From Candidatus Latescibacterota bacterium (GTDB taxonomy: Bacteria > Latescibacterota > UBA2968), in assembly GCA_965198115.1 (NCBI GenBank), contig OZ240241.1, positions 3,904,001-3,968,000 of the forward strand: 64,000 nt of DNA, written 5' to 3'. The position numbers were made by a program, and so were the translations under genes. This document shows, in pieces, positions 41,709-53,288 of this stretch (positions are counted from its first letter, which is position 1; every line of letters begins with the position of its first letter). Under the pieces are notes generated by a model. The model searched no databases. It was not told the DNA's origin and worked only from the letters and a program-made list of their open reading frames with translations.

Positions 41709-42596
41709 ATGATCCGTTTCCACGCATCATGGCTTCGGACAGCGCTCGCTGCGGCGGTCGCGACGACGGCTTCGGGCATGGCATTCGCGCAGACGACGAG
41801 CACGTCCGCGCGGTCCTGCCCGTTCACCACGTCGCCTGTCGCCATCGGCGCGGCGGAGTCTGTATCCTCGGGGCCCACGTCCCGTGATGATTTCTACTTC
41901 CGGGCCGGGGTTGTTCTCGACGGGTCGCAAGAAACGCGGTTCAAGAATGTGGACTGTTCAAGCACCTCTCCGGCGGCCCTCTATGGCTTCGGGAACGGTA
42001 GCGACGACGCGCCCCTGAGTTCGCTCGGTGATTTCGGAACGATGGCCGGTTTCGAGTTCGGGCTCGGCTATAATGCCGCGACGCCCGCCCTACGGATCGA
42101 AGCAGTCATTCAGCACCGCCCGAACTTCTCCTTCGAGGGCCGCGCCAATTTTACTCAAACCACGGGGCGACAAGCCGTCTCGGCGGATCTGTCCTCCCTG
42201 ACCGGCATGCTTGCCGCTTACCTGGACCTCCCCGAACTCGGCCTGCCCCGGCTCGGTCCCTTCAGCCCGTTCATCGGCGCCGGCGGCGGCCTGTCCCGCA
42301 TCGATATCGATGAAACGCAGATGGAGTTCCCGAAGACGGCGACCCGCGTTCCAGGCGGACAACGGGTCAATCTCGCTTGGATGCTGGGGGCGGGATTTGC
42401 AGCATCTCCGGGGGAGAACGTGACGCTTGATCTCGCTTGGCGTTACACGGATTACGGCGCCGTCGAAACCGGCAGAGCCAGAGGCCGGATCGTCTGGCAC
42501 GACGGGAACCGCGACCCGCTGGAGATCAATTTCGCCGAAACGAGGGCTGATCTGCGAGGGCATGGACTTATGCTCTCCTTGCGCCACGTGTTCTGA
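41709..42596 (+). CDS. Outer-membrane beta-barrel (opacity/OmpA-like) protein
   Basis: Signal peptide, SPFIGAGGG, LDLAWRYTDYG, terminal Phe. Confidence 0.75.
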   Translation: MIRFHASWLRTALAAAVATTASGMAFAQTTSTSARSCPFTTSPVAIGAAESVSSGPTSRDDFYFRAGVVLDGSQETRFKNVDCSSTSPAALYGFGNGSDDAPLSSLGDFGTMAGFEFGLGYNAATPALRIEAVIQHRPNFSFEGRANFTQTTGRQAVSADLSSLTGMLAAYLDLPELGLPRLGPFSPFIGAGGGLSRIDIDETQMEFPKTATRVPGGQRVNLAWMLGAGFAASPGENVTLDLAWRYTDYGAVETGRARGRIVWHDGNRDPLEINFAETRADLRGHGLMLSLRHVF

Positions 42597-43012
42597 GCCG
42601 GCAGTTCGGCCGGCCCGATATCCGTTCCCTGCCGCAACCGGTGATGCCCTTGTCGATGTTATTCCTTGCCAGTCTTTTCCAGCCCTCCAAGCCGCAGCTC
42701 CCCATTCCATGATGCCGATCCCGGAGCTTGGCGACATCCGTTCCCCCGGAAGCGCTTGGAAGTTCCGACCCTTCGGGTCGCCGCGGAGGGGGCGGCTGAT
42801 GAAGGCCATGAGACCGTCTTCAGGCTTCATGCCGGACGAGGGTGTGCGGCGTGGGTCGGCGTTCGGGTGATGGGGCTGGCCGGCACTCCGACCGTCCATA
42901 TGCGGTCAGTTGAGGCGAGACCACCGGTTGCTCTGGTGCGAGCCTCAGGCTATTGTTCGGGTGTCTACCCGCACGCTTATTACCACATCAGGGTCCTTTA
43001 AACTTCTAACTA

Positions 43013-44179
43013 GTGTCACGTCCCGCGTATAAGCTTCAAAAGTTTATGGACTTTCTCGAGGATTGAATCTGCCGTGGCGGTCCAGACGAAGGGTGTAGAA
43101 TTCTCGTTGTAGTGATCAGTGAATTTCTTGATGCAGGCGATCAGGTCCTTGACGCTTCTGAAGGTGCCTCGTCGAATGGCTCTTTGGGTGATGATACCGA
43201 ACCAGATCTCTACCTGGTTCAGCCAGGAGGCATATGTTGGTGTGTAGTGCACGTGATATCGTTTCCGTGAGGCGAGCCAACGCTTGACGTTCGGGTGCTT
43301 GTGCGTGCCGTAATTATCGACGACCAGATGGATGTCGAGATCCTTTGGGACGTTCTTGTCGATGTGCTTGAGGAACTGAAGGAACTCTTTGTTGCGGTGT
43401 CTGGGCTTGCACTGAGTCAGAACTTTGCCGGATGCGATGTTGAGCGCTGCAAAGAGGGTGGTCGTGCCGTTCCGGATATAGCTGTGAGTGACGCCCTCGA
43501 CGTATCCGAGACCCAAAGGAAGAATCGGTTGTGTCCGTTCGAGTGCTTGAATCTGGCTCTTCTCGTCTACACAGAGCACCATCGCGTTGTCCGGTGGGTT
43601 CAGGTATAGACCGACGATATCCCTGACTTTCTCGACGAAGAAGGGATCGTTCGACAGTTTGAAGTGCTTCTGTCGATGCGGTTGCAGTCCAAAAGCTTTC
43701 CATACACGTTGAACCGAGGACTTGGAGAGCCCCGTCTCGTCGGCCATCGAACGACAGGTCCCAGTGGGTGGCACCCTTCGGTTGCTTCTTGAGCGTCTTG
43801 TAGATGAGGGAGGAGATCTCTTCGTCGCTGACCGACCGTGGCCCTCCAGGACGCAATTCGTCATACAGTCCCATCAAGCCTTGCTCGCAGAAGCGACGAC
43901 GCCACTTGCCGACAGACGCTCCGGACAACCCGACTCGTTCCGCGATCTCCTGATTGGTCAGACCGCAATCGCTCATCAAGACGATCTTCGCGCGACGCAC
44001 CAAAGCGTGAGACATGCTACGCGAACGAGACAATGACTCGAGTTGATCGTGGACCTCATCACTGATGTTCAGTGGCTGTAACGGACGACCTCTAGCCATC
44101 GGTTCCTCCCAAGAATGAGTGCTTGAGGAACCATACGACAGAATCGAATATTTTTCTAGTTATTCCTGGGACGTGACAC
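43013..44179 (-). mobile_element. IS630-family element
   Basis: IRs gtgtcacgtccc / gggacgtgacac flanked by TA. Confidence 0.92.
43016..44099 (-). pseudogene. IS630 transposase with +1 frameshift near 43760
   Basis: HTH part 43760-44099; DDE part (CVDEKSQIQAL, VDNYGTHK, SWLNQVE) in another frame; extra G in cactgggacctgt. Confidence 0.85.
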
Positions 44180-44203
44180 TAGCGTCTTTGTGTTCAGAAT
44201 CCG

Positions 44204-44590
44204 ATGAACGCGGTTAAAACCCTTGAAGCTTATTTCGACGCACTCGTTGCTGGTGACGCAGAACGGTTGATTGCTCTCATCTCAAGGGCCGATCACTTCG
44301 TCAAGATCGGCACGGACGATGGGGAATACATTCAAGGGGGATCGAAAGTCGCTGATTACTATCGTCATCACGTCGCCAGCACGCGGAACTTCTCGATCGA
44401 CGTCGACCATATGGACGTGCAGGAGCGAAACAGCACAGCCTGGTTCTACACTCGTCAGACGTGGCAATTGGAGTGGCAGGGGCACCAGGAAACCCTCGCA
44501 ATGCGCCTGACCGGCGTCCTGGAAAAGGAAAGCGATAACTGGAAATTCGTCCAGATCCACGCCTCCATCGGACACCCACCAATTTCATAA
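44204..44590 (+). CDS. SnoaL/NTF2-like protein
   Basis: IGTDDGE, RLTGVLEK, WKFVQIHAS. Confidence 0.85.
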   Translation: MNAVKTLEAYFDALVAGDAERLIALISRADHFVKIGTDDGEYIQGGSKVADYYRHHVASTRNFSIDVDHMDVQERNSTAWFYTRQTWQLEWQGHQETLAMRLTGVLEKESDNWKFVQIHASIGHPPIS

Positions 44591-44625
44591 TTCCCTAATG
44601 TCCTAACTTCATAATCGAGGTCACA

Positions 44626-45516
44626 GTGTCCCTCAGACTCACGCTTCTCGGCACCGGCACTCCCTCTCCGTTCATCCATCGCGCAGGCTCCAGCTACCTC
44701 GTCACGTTCGGTGACAACGTGTTCCTCTTCGACTGCGGCCCCGGCTCCGTTCGCCGACTGTTGAGGAAGGGTTTTACGCCCGATGCCGTCACGCACCTCT
44801 TCCTGACCCATCTTCACTACGATCACTGCGTCGACTACGGGTATCTCGTCCTCTGCCGCTGGGACCAGGGAGCAGGCAAGATTCCCGAGCTCGAAGTCTA
44901 CGGCCCACCGCCCGTCGCACGTATGACCGAACGCCTCTTCGCGGAAGACGGCGCTTTCGGGCCCGATCTCGCGGCACGGACGCGTCACGAAGGAAGCGAT
45001 TTCGTTTACGAAATGCGAGGCGGCGTTTTGCCTCGTCAGAGACCATCACCCCACGTGACCGAGGTATCGGATGGCGACACCATCGACGGCAGCGGGTGGA
45101 GCGTGTCTGTCGCCGAAGTCATCCACGTCCAGCCTTACCTCAGGTGCCTCGCCTACAGGTTCGAAACGGCCGACAAGACCATCGTCTTCGGCGGCGACAC
45201 CGCTCCCATCGACAGCCTGACGAACCTGGCGCGCGAAGCCGACGTTCTCATTCACATGTGCCACCTGATGAACGGCGTCGTCACCGACCCCAGAATCACC
45301 GGATGCTGCTCTGGCCATCTCGACGCCGCCCGTACGGCTCGTGATGCGGGCGTGAAGACGCTGGTGCTCGTCCACATCACGAATCAGATGGAAGGACCAG
45401 GGGTGCGCGAACGGGTCCTGCGCGAAGCGGGAGAGATCTACGACGGGGACATCATCTTCGGTGAGGACTTGTTGGAGGTACCGCTGGGAGGGATCGAGAC
45501 CGAAAAGATTCAGTAG
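44626..45516 (+). CDS. MBL-fold hydrolase (RNase Z/AtsA-like)
   Basis: LLGTGTPSP, DCGPG, THLHYDH, GDT, LVLVH. Confidence 0.9.
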   Translation: MSLRLTLLGTGTPSPFIHRAGSSYLVTFGDNVFLFDCGPGSVRRLLRKGFTPDAVTHLFLTHLHYDHCVDYGYLVLCRWDQGAGKIPELEVYGPPPVARMTERLFAEDGAFGPDLAARTRHEGSDFVYEMRGGVLPRQRPSPHVTEVSDGDTIDGSGWSVSVAEVIHVQPYLRCLAYRFETADKTIVFGGDTAPIDSLTNLAREADVLIHMCHLMNGVVTDPRITGCCSGHLDAARTARDAGVKTLVLVHITNQMEGPGVRERVLREAGEIYDGDIIFGEDLLEVPLGGIETEKIQ

Positions 45517-45634
45517 CGGGAGAAAGAATCGATATCTGATATCCGACGCAAGAAATCAGATGTATGAGATTTCCTCTCTCGGATATATGATCTCACTTCT
45601 CGGATGTCGGATATCGTTTTGCTCGTGGGCGCTT

Positions 45635-48307
45635 CTATAGTTTCCAGAAGTACGAAACTTTCATCTGCACCGAGCGGTTCAGCTGAGCGAAGTCACTCTC
45701 CGTGTCCCAGGCGTGGTTGTAAACGAGGAAGATGTCGCTGCCGGGTGCAAAGCGATAATTGAGGAGGAAGTTGCTGCCGACAACCTCACGCCGGCTGTTC
45801 CACTGGACAAGACCGCGAATGAAGAAATCCGGCGAGAAGGTGTAGAGGAACCGGTTCGTCAGCTGATTGGTCTGGAAGTCGCCGCCTGGCAACGCCACGC
45901 GGTTGTTTGAATAGGTCGTCTCGATCGTAAACTGGCTCGACAGCTTGATGTCGCCTCCGAGCGAGATACGCTTTCGCGTACCATCGAAGAATTCTCCCCA
46001 CTGATAGGACGCGCGCCCCCCGATCGCCCGGGCGCCGTTCGAGAACAGATTCGCGCTATACGACGTGAACGCATAGTCGCCGATCGGAATCTCGACGTCG
46101 TCCGACACGTCGAAAACATCGTCCAACCGTTCGAACCGCCGCTCGACGCGCATGCCAATCCAGTCGTCCGATTTCAGGTTCGTGAAGAACGAGGACCGAA
46201 GCCTACTCGACTGAAGCAGGTTGTTCTGATCCGTGAGGTAGGTGTACTCCGGGCCGAACGAGAACTGGCGGATGGCCGGCAGGTTTCTGAACCGCGGCCG
46301 CCATCGCGTTTCGACATTGTACCGCCGGATGTCGTCCCGTGGTACGAACCCGACCTCGGGGTTGAAGTTCTCCTGCACATCTAGATACTTCGCCTCCAGC
46401 TGGAGGTTGTATTTCCGGAACTCCACTTCTGCGTTGTGAGCCAGGTCCTTTTCGAGCTTCCCTGGTGTCCAACTCTTTGCGAACCATCCCTTCAGCTTGA
46501 GCGCCGAGCCGAAGAAGGAAAAATTGAGATCGCCCCCGATCACCCGGTTGTAGTCATCATCCTCGCCCGGCGACCGGTTCGTTCCGATGAACCCGATGTT
46601 CGATCGGCCGAAGATGTCCCGCCGAACACGAAGGACAGACAGGTTGGTCCGCTCCACGCTCAGTGTGTCGGGTATGTCCACATCGATCGTATCGGTGAAC
46701 GATCCACCGAACAGCTCGGCTTCGTCTTTATCGAGTGAGTCGCCGAAAGCGGTAATGAATCGGTCTTCCGTATCCTCACCAACAAACGTTCCTGCCTTTG
46801 TCATCACGTTGAGCGCGCCGATCTCGTAGGCGCCCGCTCGCCCCGTTACCTTGCTGCCGAAGATAACCGGGATATTGTGTCCGTCCTGGATACCGATCTT
46901 TCGACTGTAGAAGACCAGCGTGGGCGGACGGCTGTTACTGCCGCCACGGAACTCGATCGTCTCGCCGAAATCGAAGATACCGGCCCCTTCGAGGAAGAAG
47001 TCTCGCAGTTCGGGGAAGAAGAGGCTGAATCGCGTCAGGTTCACCCGCTCCTGATCCGCCTCGACCTGGGCAAAGTCCGTCTTGTAGGAAAGGTCCAGCG
47101 TCAGACTCGGGGTCAAACCGTACTTGAGATCGACCCCTGCATCGAGCGTAGGCTGCTCGGTCGGGTCGAGGCCGTCGAACTGCCGGTTGGTACCACCCAA
47201 TGAGTAGGGCGTGATCTGAAGACGCGGCTTCGTTCTCAGCGCGCCGATGCCGCCGAGCGTCCCCAACATCGATGTTCGATACTGGCCGCGGAATCCATAG
47301 TCCAAAGGGGGTGGCATCAAGAAGATTTCCTCGTTCTTGCGCTTGATGGTGCGCCCCAGATTCAGCCCCCAGATCGCATCCCCGCTCTCTGCGTAGCGTA
47401 ACTGATCCAGATCGATCGCCATCTCGGCGCTCCATCCTTCTGCATCCCGAGACGACCTGGTTTGCCAGATACAGTCCCACGCCTCATTGCGAGTGCGGCC
47501 TTCGTCGCTCAGAAGCATGTCATACTGAGCACCGAGCGGATTCGTTCTGAAGTAGAAGCCACCCCGCCGGTCGTTGTATGTGTCGAAGATCACGGATACG
47601 TTGTCGTCGTCGTTCAGCTCCGAATCACGCTGCATGCGGGACGCCACGATTCGGTTCGGTTCGGAGTCATAACAGCGGAAGCCGAGGTAGATACGGTCGT
47701 CATCCACGAGGATGCGAACTTCGGTCTTCTCCGTTGCGGGATCCCCCTCGAAGGGCTCTCGCTGCAAGAAATCGTCGATCGACATGGCCGACTGCCAGAC
47801 CGCATCGTCGAGGCGGCCGTCGATCTTGGGTGGTTCAGCAGTCCGATAAGCCTGGACCTGAGGCGCGGAAAGCCCACGGGAGAACAACGGAACCGAAACC
47901 GAGGGCATCCCACGTTGTGGAATCAGCGGGTTCGCAGGCGGCGTCATCGGCTTGGGGGGGAAGCTGAATAACCGTAGGCTTCCACCGGCAACCTTCAACA
48001 AGGAGGCCTGCGTGATGCCCGGTTCGAGGTCGACGAGTTCCGCGCGGGCAAACCGTCGCGATCCCTCCACGATCTGCGCGATTCCGATCAGGCTGGACCT
48101 GTCCGGAGCCGCAGAGGACCCATTGGTCATGGCCCCGTTAAAGACCTGGAATCGATCGCCCGGGCGCACAGGTGTGCCGTCTCTCAAGGAAACGAACAGC
48201 ATCCTGTCGGACATCCGCACGACGTGCCCCCGCAGTTCCTGACCGGAGACGGGGCCGGTGAAGCAGATCAGTAGACAGAAGAAAGCTGACAGATGGGCTC
48301 GCATCAT
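45635..48307 (-). CDS. CBM9-like/DUF5916 outer-membrane protein
   Basis: IDGRLDDAVW, TNPLG, TDFAQVEAD, RFSLFFPELRDFFLEG, FYSRKIG. Confidence 0.85.
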   Translation of the reverse strand: MMRAHLSAFFCLLICFTGPVSGQELRGHVVRMSDRMLFVSLRDGTPVRPGDRFQVFNGAMTNGSSAAPDRSSLIGIAQIVEGSRRFARAELVDLEPGITQASLLKVAGGSLRLFSFPPKPMTPPANPLIPQRGMPSVSVPLFSRGLSAPQVQAYRTAEPPKIDGRLDDAVWQSAMSIDDFLQREPFEGDPATEKTEVRILVDDDRIYLGFRCYDSEPNRIVASRMQRDSELNDDDNVSVIFDTYNDRRGGFYFRTNPLGAQYDMLLSDEGRTRNEAWDCIWQTRSSRDAEGWSAEMAIDLDQLRYAESGDAIWGLNLGRTIKRKNEEIFLMPPPLDYGFRGQYRTSMLGTLGGIGALRTKPRLQITPYSLGGTNRQFDGLDPTEQPTLDAGVDLKYGLTPSLTLDLSYKTDFAQVEADQERVNLTRFSLFFPELRDFFLEGAGIFDFGETIEFRGGSNSRPPTLVFYSRKIGIQDGHNIPVIFGSKVTGRAGAYEIGALNVMTKAGTFVGEDTEDRFITAFGDSLDKDEAELFGGSFTDTIDVDIPDTLSVERTNLSVLRVRRDIFGRSNIGFIGTNRSPGEDDDYNRVIGGDLNFSFFGSALKLKGWFAKSWTPGKLEKDLAHNAEVEFRKYNLQLEAKYLDVQENFNPEVGFVPRDDIRRYNVETRWRPRFRNLPAIRQFSFGPEYTYLTDQNNLLQSSRLRSSFFTNLKSDDWIGMRVERRFERLDDVFDVSDDVEIPIGDYAFTSYSANLFSNGARAIGGRASYQWGEFFDGTRKRISLGGDIKLSSQFTIETTYSNNRVALPGGDFQTNQLTNRFLYTFSPDFFIRGLVQWNSRREVVGSNFLLNYRFAPGSDIFLVYNHAWDTESDFAQLNRSVQMKVSYFWKL

Positions 48308-48587
48308 CGATTCCATACACTGTTTAGACAAAGAAGGGGGCCCGCAGTCCAAAGGACCGTGGGCCTTTATACTATCGTCCTGTTAAGTAATTGTATTTAC
48401 AGTCATGACCTCCGGCAAAGCCGGAGGCTTGAAAACTTGTGAACCGCTCAAAGCGGTTGGAAACCAAGCGCCACCTAAAGGTGGCGATTACCTGAAAATG
48501 TTGAGCTGGTCGGTCCTCCCGCTCCTGGTTCTGGATATACTCCCGAACCGTCTGTTCATCCTTGCCAAGGTGAGGTCCCTATCCTAG

Positions 48588-50142
48588 GAGCCTGTCGGAG
48601 TACCCAGCCGGAGGAAGATTTCGTATTGTAGAAGTGCGATCAAGGTTCCGACTCTGAATTGGAGGTTTCCGTTGAGCACTTCTACTCGGTTTCGTGTCTA
48701 CAATCCGGCTCAGTTGATGTTGCTGCCTCCGGATCTCCGGAGTTGGCTTCCCAAGGGTCATCCGACCTACTTCATTCTGGATATCGTCGGACAACTTGAT
48801 TTGTCCGCGATCTACGAGACCTACGATGGGTCTCAAGGTGGCCAGCCACCGTATGATCCCCGGATGATGGTGAGCCTACTGCTGTATGGTTACTGTGAAG
48901 GCATCAGGAGTTCCCGCAAGATCGAGCGTGCGACCTATGACTCGGTTGCTTTCCGTGTGCTCAGCCTGGATCAGCATCCTGATCACGACACGATATCGAC
49001 CTTTCGTCAACGGCATCTGGATGCCCTCTCAGGTCTGTTCAGGCAAGTGCTGTGTCTCTGCGTGAAGGCAGGTCTGGTGAAGCTGGGACACGTGGCGTTG
49101 GATGGCACGAAAGTCAAAGCAAATGCCTCAAAACACAAAGCGATGAGCTACGGCCGGATGAAGAAGAAAGAAGCCGAGATCGAGGCCGAAGTGCGCAGAC
49201 TCTTGACCGAGGCCGAAGCCACTGACGCGGCCGAAGACGAACTCTACGGAAAGGACAACCGCGGCGACGAGTTGCCCGAGGAGTTGCAGCACCGGGAGAC
49301 TCGACTCAAAGTAATCCGCGACGCAATAGCCGAGATCGAAGCCGAAGCGGAGGCTGAGTTTCCTGAGAAGCAGGCAGCGTATGAAGAGAAGGTAAAGGCC
49401 CGGGAGCGCCGCGGCGGTCGTGGACGTAAGCCCAAGCCTCCATCGAAAGAGCCCGACTGAAAGGAACAACTGAACTTCACCGATCCCGACTCACGGATCA
49501 TGGTCTCAGGGGGCCAATTCCTTCAAGCCTACAACTGCCAAGCTGCTGTGGATGACAAGGCCCAGATTGTCGTTGCTGCCGACGTCACCCAAGAAGCTGA
49601 TGACAAGAACCAGATGACACCTATGGTCAACCAGATCAGAGCGAATATGGGCGGCACGACACCCAAGCACCTCACTGCCGACACCGGATACTTCAACCAA
49701 AGTCAGGTCGATCAGGTTCAATCAGATGGCGTCGACCTCTATGTGGCGACGACAAAACAGAAACATGGAACGCCCATCGCGACCTGCCCCAGGGGACGGA
49801 TCCCCAAGGGGCGCAACGACGAAAGACAAAATGGCGAGAAAGCTTCTCACACAGAAAGGTCGCTGCACCTACTGGAAAAGAAAACAGATCATCGAACCCG
49901 TGTTTGGACAGATCAAATCCGTTCGGAACTTCACCCGATTCTCATTCCGCCGAATCCACAAAGTCATCAGAGAATGGAACCTGATCTGTCTCACACACAA
50001 CCTTCTGAAACTCTATCGACTCTCATTGGCTACCTGATCCCGAAGAGGAACTCGGCTCAAGGAAAAAACGAAGGTAACCGGTCGCTGACAGACTCAGCTG
50101 GACTTAATCTCAACGAGCTTCCGGGTGTAACCTGACAGGCTC
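48588..50142 (+). mobile_element. IS1182-family element inserted in the left IR of IS256-B
   Basis: IRs gagcctgtc / gacaggctc; CTAG duplication. Confidence 0.9.
48672..50037 (+). pseudogene. IS1182 transposase (in-frame TGA at 49458, frameshift near 49810)
   Basis: PPYDPRMM, SSRKIE, LDGTKVKANAS, NFTDPDSRIM, ADTGYF, IEPVFGQIK. Confidence 0.88.
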
Positions 50143-50222
50143 CTAGTTGAAACTTAAAGGGCTCCAAACTTACGTTGTGGGTAGACGTGTGAGAGCGTGT
50201 ACCCGTAAGAAAGGAGCCCACG

Positions 50223-51470
50223 ATGGAGAAGCTATTTGCAGGGGATGGCGAAGTCAAGGTTGGGTCAGACGTTATGGATTTGGAGACGCGTTTATCGGTG
50301 ATCCGGGCGCTGATTCCGCTGGGTCTGGAGGCCGTTGCCGACGTGCTCCAGCAGGAGGTGGAGCAGCTCGCAGGCGTTCGGTATGCGCGTAAGGGTTCAG
50401 AGCAGTCGCATCGTCGATGGGGAAGCCAGAAAGGGTCCGTGTATCTGATGGACCAGAAGCTGCCGGTGGCCGTTCCCCGTGTGCGCGACGTCGAGTCCGA
50501 TACGGAGGTTTCTCTGGCCGCATACCGGGGGATGCAGAGGCCCAGAGCGATGGATGAGAAGCTGCTGCTTCGTGTGCTCAAGGGAATCTCCTGTCGCAAC
50601 TACAGAGCCTGTGCAGAGTCGGTACCCGAAGCGTTCGGAATTTCGGCATCCTCCGTCTCGCGACGGTTCATCAAAGCCACCGCAAAGAAGCTGAAGCAGT
50701 TCCAGGAACGACCGCTCGACGACTACGACTTGGTCGCCCTGTTCATCGACGGAAAGAGCTTTGCCGACGAAGAGATCGTGATCGCTCCGGGCGTCACGAC
50801 GGACGGCCAGAAGATCCCCCTGGGCTTCGTCGAATCGGCGACGGAGAACGAACGGATCTGCCGTCAGCTGATCCAGGATCTCATCCGGAGAGGCCTGTGC
50901 TACGACCAGGGCCTTCTCGTTGTGCTGGACGGCTCAAAGGGACTCCGCAGTGCCGTCACCAAAGCCCTCAAAGGGGATGTGTGCGTGCATCGCTGTCAGT
51001 GGCACAAGCGCGAGAACGTCGTCAGCTACCTCCCGGAGGCAGAACGTCCAAGAGTTCGACGGAAACTTCAGAAAGCCTATGACTGCGACACCTACGAGGA
51101 GGCAAAGGCCGCACTCGAATCACTCAAACCCGAACTCAAGCTGATGAATCAGTCTGCCGTGGCAAGCCTCGAGGAAGGACTGGAGGAAACCCTGACCCTC
51201 CACCGGCTGGGGATGCTCCCGTTCTTGAAGCGAAGCTTCCGAACCACCAATTGCATCGAGGCGCTCAACAGCATGACCGGCAACCTGATACGGAAGGTCA
51301 ACCGCTGGAACAACTCTCCTCAGCGACACAGATGGGTCGCGGCCGCACTCCTCGACATCGAACCACGCCTGCGACGCGTGAGCGGATACAAACACCTCCC
51401 GCTGCTCAGGCAAGCACTGAAAAACAACCTGAATCTCGGCGACAATCAAGATGCTCGGCAGAGAGCATGA
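50223..51470 (+). CDS. IS256-family transposase (type B)
   Basis: VPRVRD, FIDGK, LDGSKGL, RCQWHKRENV, RTTNCIE. Confidence 0.92.
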   Translation: MEKLFAGDGEVKVGSDVMDLETRLSVIRALIPLGLEAVADVLQQEVEQLAGVRYARKGSEQSHRRWGSQKGSVYLMDQKLPVAVPRVRDVESDTEVSLAAYRGMQRPRAMDEKLLLRVLKGISCRNYRACAESVPEAFGISASSVSRRFIKATAKKLKQFQERPLDDYDLVALFIDGKSFADEEIVIAPGVTTDGQKIPLGFVESATENERICRQLIQDLIRRGLCYDQGLLVVLDGSKGLRSAVTKALKGDVCVHRCQWHKRENVVSYLPEAERPRVRRKLQKAYDCDTYEEAKAALESLKPELKLMNQSAVASLEEGLEETLTLHRLGMLPFLKRSFRTTNCIEALNSMTGNLIRKVNRWNNSPQRHRWVAAALLDIEPRLRRVSGYKHLPLLRQALKNNLNLGDNQDARQRA

Positions 51471-51914
51471 ATACCACGGAGCCCGATGAGTTTCAACTGA
51501 CTATGGGACTTGACCCTTGCCAACGGTGGAGACCCAGTAGCCTCTTGCCCAGAAATGCTGCCCGGTGAAGTTCGACCTGCGTCCCAGATAGTTCCGAGCA
51601 ATGTGAATCGCACTCTTTCCTTTGATGAACCCTACCGTCTGAGCTACTGAGTGCTTCGGCGGGATCGAAATCAACGTGTGCACATGGTCGGATCGCAGGT
51701 GACCCTCTTCCACACGGCATTCCTTCTGTGCGGCCAGATCCCGAATCACCTCGCCCAGATAGCGACGAATTTCACCATACAACACTTTTCTACGATACTT
51801 CCGAACCCAAACAACGTCATACTTGCACTCCCATACCGTGTGACGTAGACTCCTTACGTTGTTCATTAGAGAGCCTTCCTTCCGTGTGCTTTGAGCGGTC
51901 CACGGCAAGGGAGG

Positions 51915-53288
51915 GAGCTATAATCAAAAGGTGTGGAAAAAGAGAAAGGGCGACCCTACCCTTCCCGTGAGATAGTTGATTCACACAAAACCGGGTGAGA
52001 GGCCCGGTTGGGAAGGAGGATCGCCGTGAAGGAACATACGCATAGAGCCCCATTGAAGTCCATGCCGACGTGGGAGACGGTTGACGATTGGATCCGTGAA
52101 GAGATCCAGGGCCGGTTCCAGTCCATTCTGGAGGAGGAGGCGACCGCGTTCTTGGGCCGGTCGTGGTATGAGCGCCGAGCCGAGGTCGATAGCTCCACGG
52201 GCTACAGGAACGGCTACGGCAAGCCCCGGCGTCTCTCGACGAGCTGCGGAACGATCAAGGTCCGGCGTCCCCGGGTTCGTGGTCTGGAAGAGCGGTTTGA
52301 AAGCCGCATCCTCCCCCTGTTCGCCCGGAGAACCAGGGCCATTGGAGATCTGCTTCCCGACCTTTATCTCCACGGTCTCTCCCAGGGCGACTTCGAGTTG
52401 TCTTTGCGTGCGCTGCTCGGTGATGGCGCGCCGCTTTCGCCGACCTCGATCGCTCGTCTTCGAGGGAAGTGGGAGGTCGACTTCCAGGACTGGAAAGAAA
52501 GGCGTCTGGATAATCGCGAACTGGTCTACGCCTGGGCTGATGGCATCTACGTCAAAGCCGGGCTCGAGCGCGAGAAGGCGTGTCTGCTGGTCGTGATCGG
52601 CGCGATGAGCGACGGCAGCAAGGAGATCCTGGCGATAGAACCCGGTTATCGAGAGTCTACAGAATCCTGGCTCACGGTGCTCCGGGATCTCCGGGATCGC
52701 GGGCTCGAACATCCTGTCCTGATCGCCGCGGACGGGAATATGGGCATCTGGGCGGCCGTTGATCAGGTCTGGCCAGAGAGCCGGCAACAACGGTGCTGGA
52801 ACCACAAGATCCTCAACGTGCTCGACAAGGTCGCCAAGCGTGCACAGGCTGAAGCCCGCGCACTGCTCGTCCAGATCCCCTATGCCGGCACGAAAAAGGA
52901 GGCCGAGAAGCTCCGGAAACGCTTTGCCGCACGGTATCGCTCACAGTTCCCTGCCGCCGTGGAGACGCTCGAAAGAGACTGGGATCGGATGGTCACGTTC
53001 TACGACTTCCCGAAGGAACACTGGAAACACCTGAGAACCACGAACGTCGTCGAGAGCCCCTTTGCTTCCGTTCGGCTTCGCACAAACGCCGCCAGGCGAT
53101 TCAAGAAAGTCAGGAACGCCACGGCTCTCATCTGGCGTACGCTCAAGGTCGCAGAGAGCCGATTCAGGAAACTCACCGCGCCACACTTGCTACAACAAGT
53201 CTACGATCAGAAACACTCAACCGAACCGCAGGTCGAAGCCGGGAAGATGGCCGCCTGATTTCTTTTACACACCTATTGACCTGAGCTC
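51915..53288 (+). mobile_element. IS256-family element A, copy 3, inside the IS200 left region
   Basis: 1374 bp; 8-bp TSD aagggagg. Confidence 0.95.
52026..53258 (+). CDS. IS256-family transposase
   Basis: Near-identical to copies 1 and 2. Confidence 0.95.
   Translation: MKEHTHRAPLKSMPTWETVDDWIREEIQGRFQSILEEEATAFLGRSWYERRAEVDSSTGYRNGYGKPRRLSTSCGTIKVRRPRVRGLEERFESRILPLFARRTRAIGDLLPDLYLHGLSQGDFELSLRALLGDGAPLSPTSIARLRGKWEVDFQDWKERRLDNRELVYAWADGIYVKAGLEREKACLLVVIGAMSDGSKEILAIEPGYRESTESWLTVLRDLRDRGLEHPVLIAADGNMGIWAAVDQVWPESRQQRCWNHKILNVLDKVAKRAQAEARALLVQIPYAGTKKEAEKLRKRFAARYRSQFPAAVETLERDWDRMVTFYDFPKEHWKHLRTTNVVESPFASVRLRTNAARRFKKVRNATALIWRTLKVAESRFRKLTAPHLLQQVYDQKHSTEPQVEAGKMAA

Larger units (their letters stand above)
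48569..51515 (+). mobile_element. IS256-family element B inserted in IS200 tnpA
   Basis: IRs ggtgaggtccctatcctagttgaaac (split) / gtttcaactgactatgggacttgacc; 8-bp TSD cttgccaa. Confidence 0.9.

Noticed and set aside
43740-43780. Programmed frameshift in IS630
   Set aside because: No A-rich slippery run at the shift; one extra G in a G run explains it.
49458-49460. Selenocysteine readthrough of TGA in the IS1182 transposase
   Set aside because: Not a Cys-type position, and the gene has a second lesion; simple nonsense mutation.
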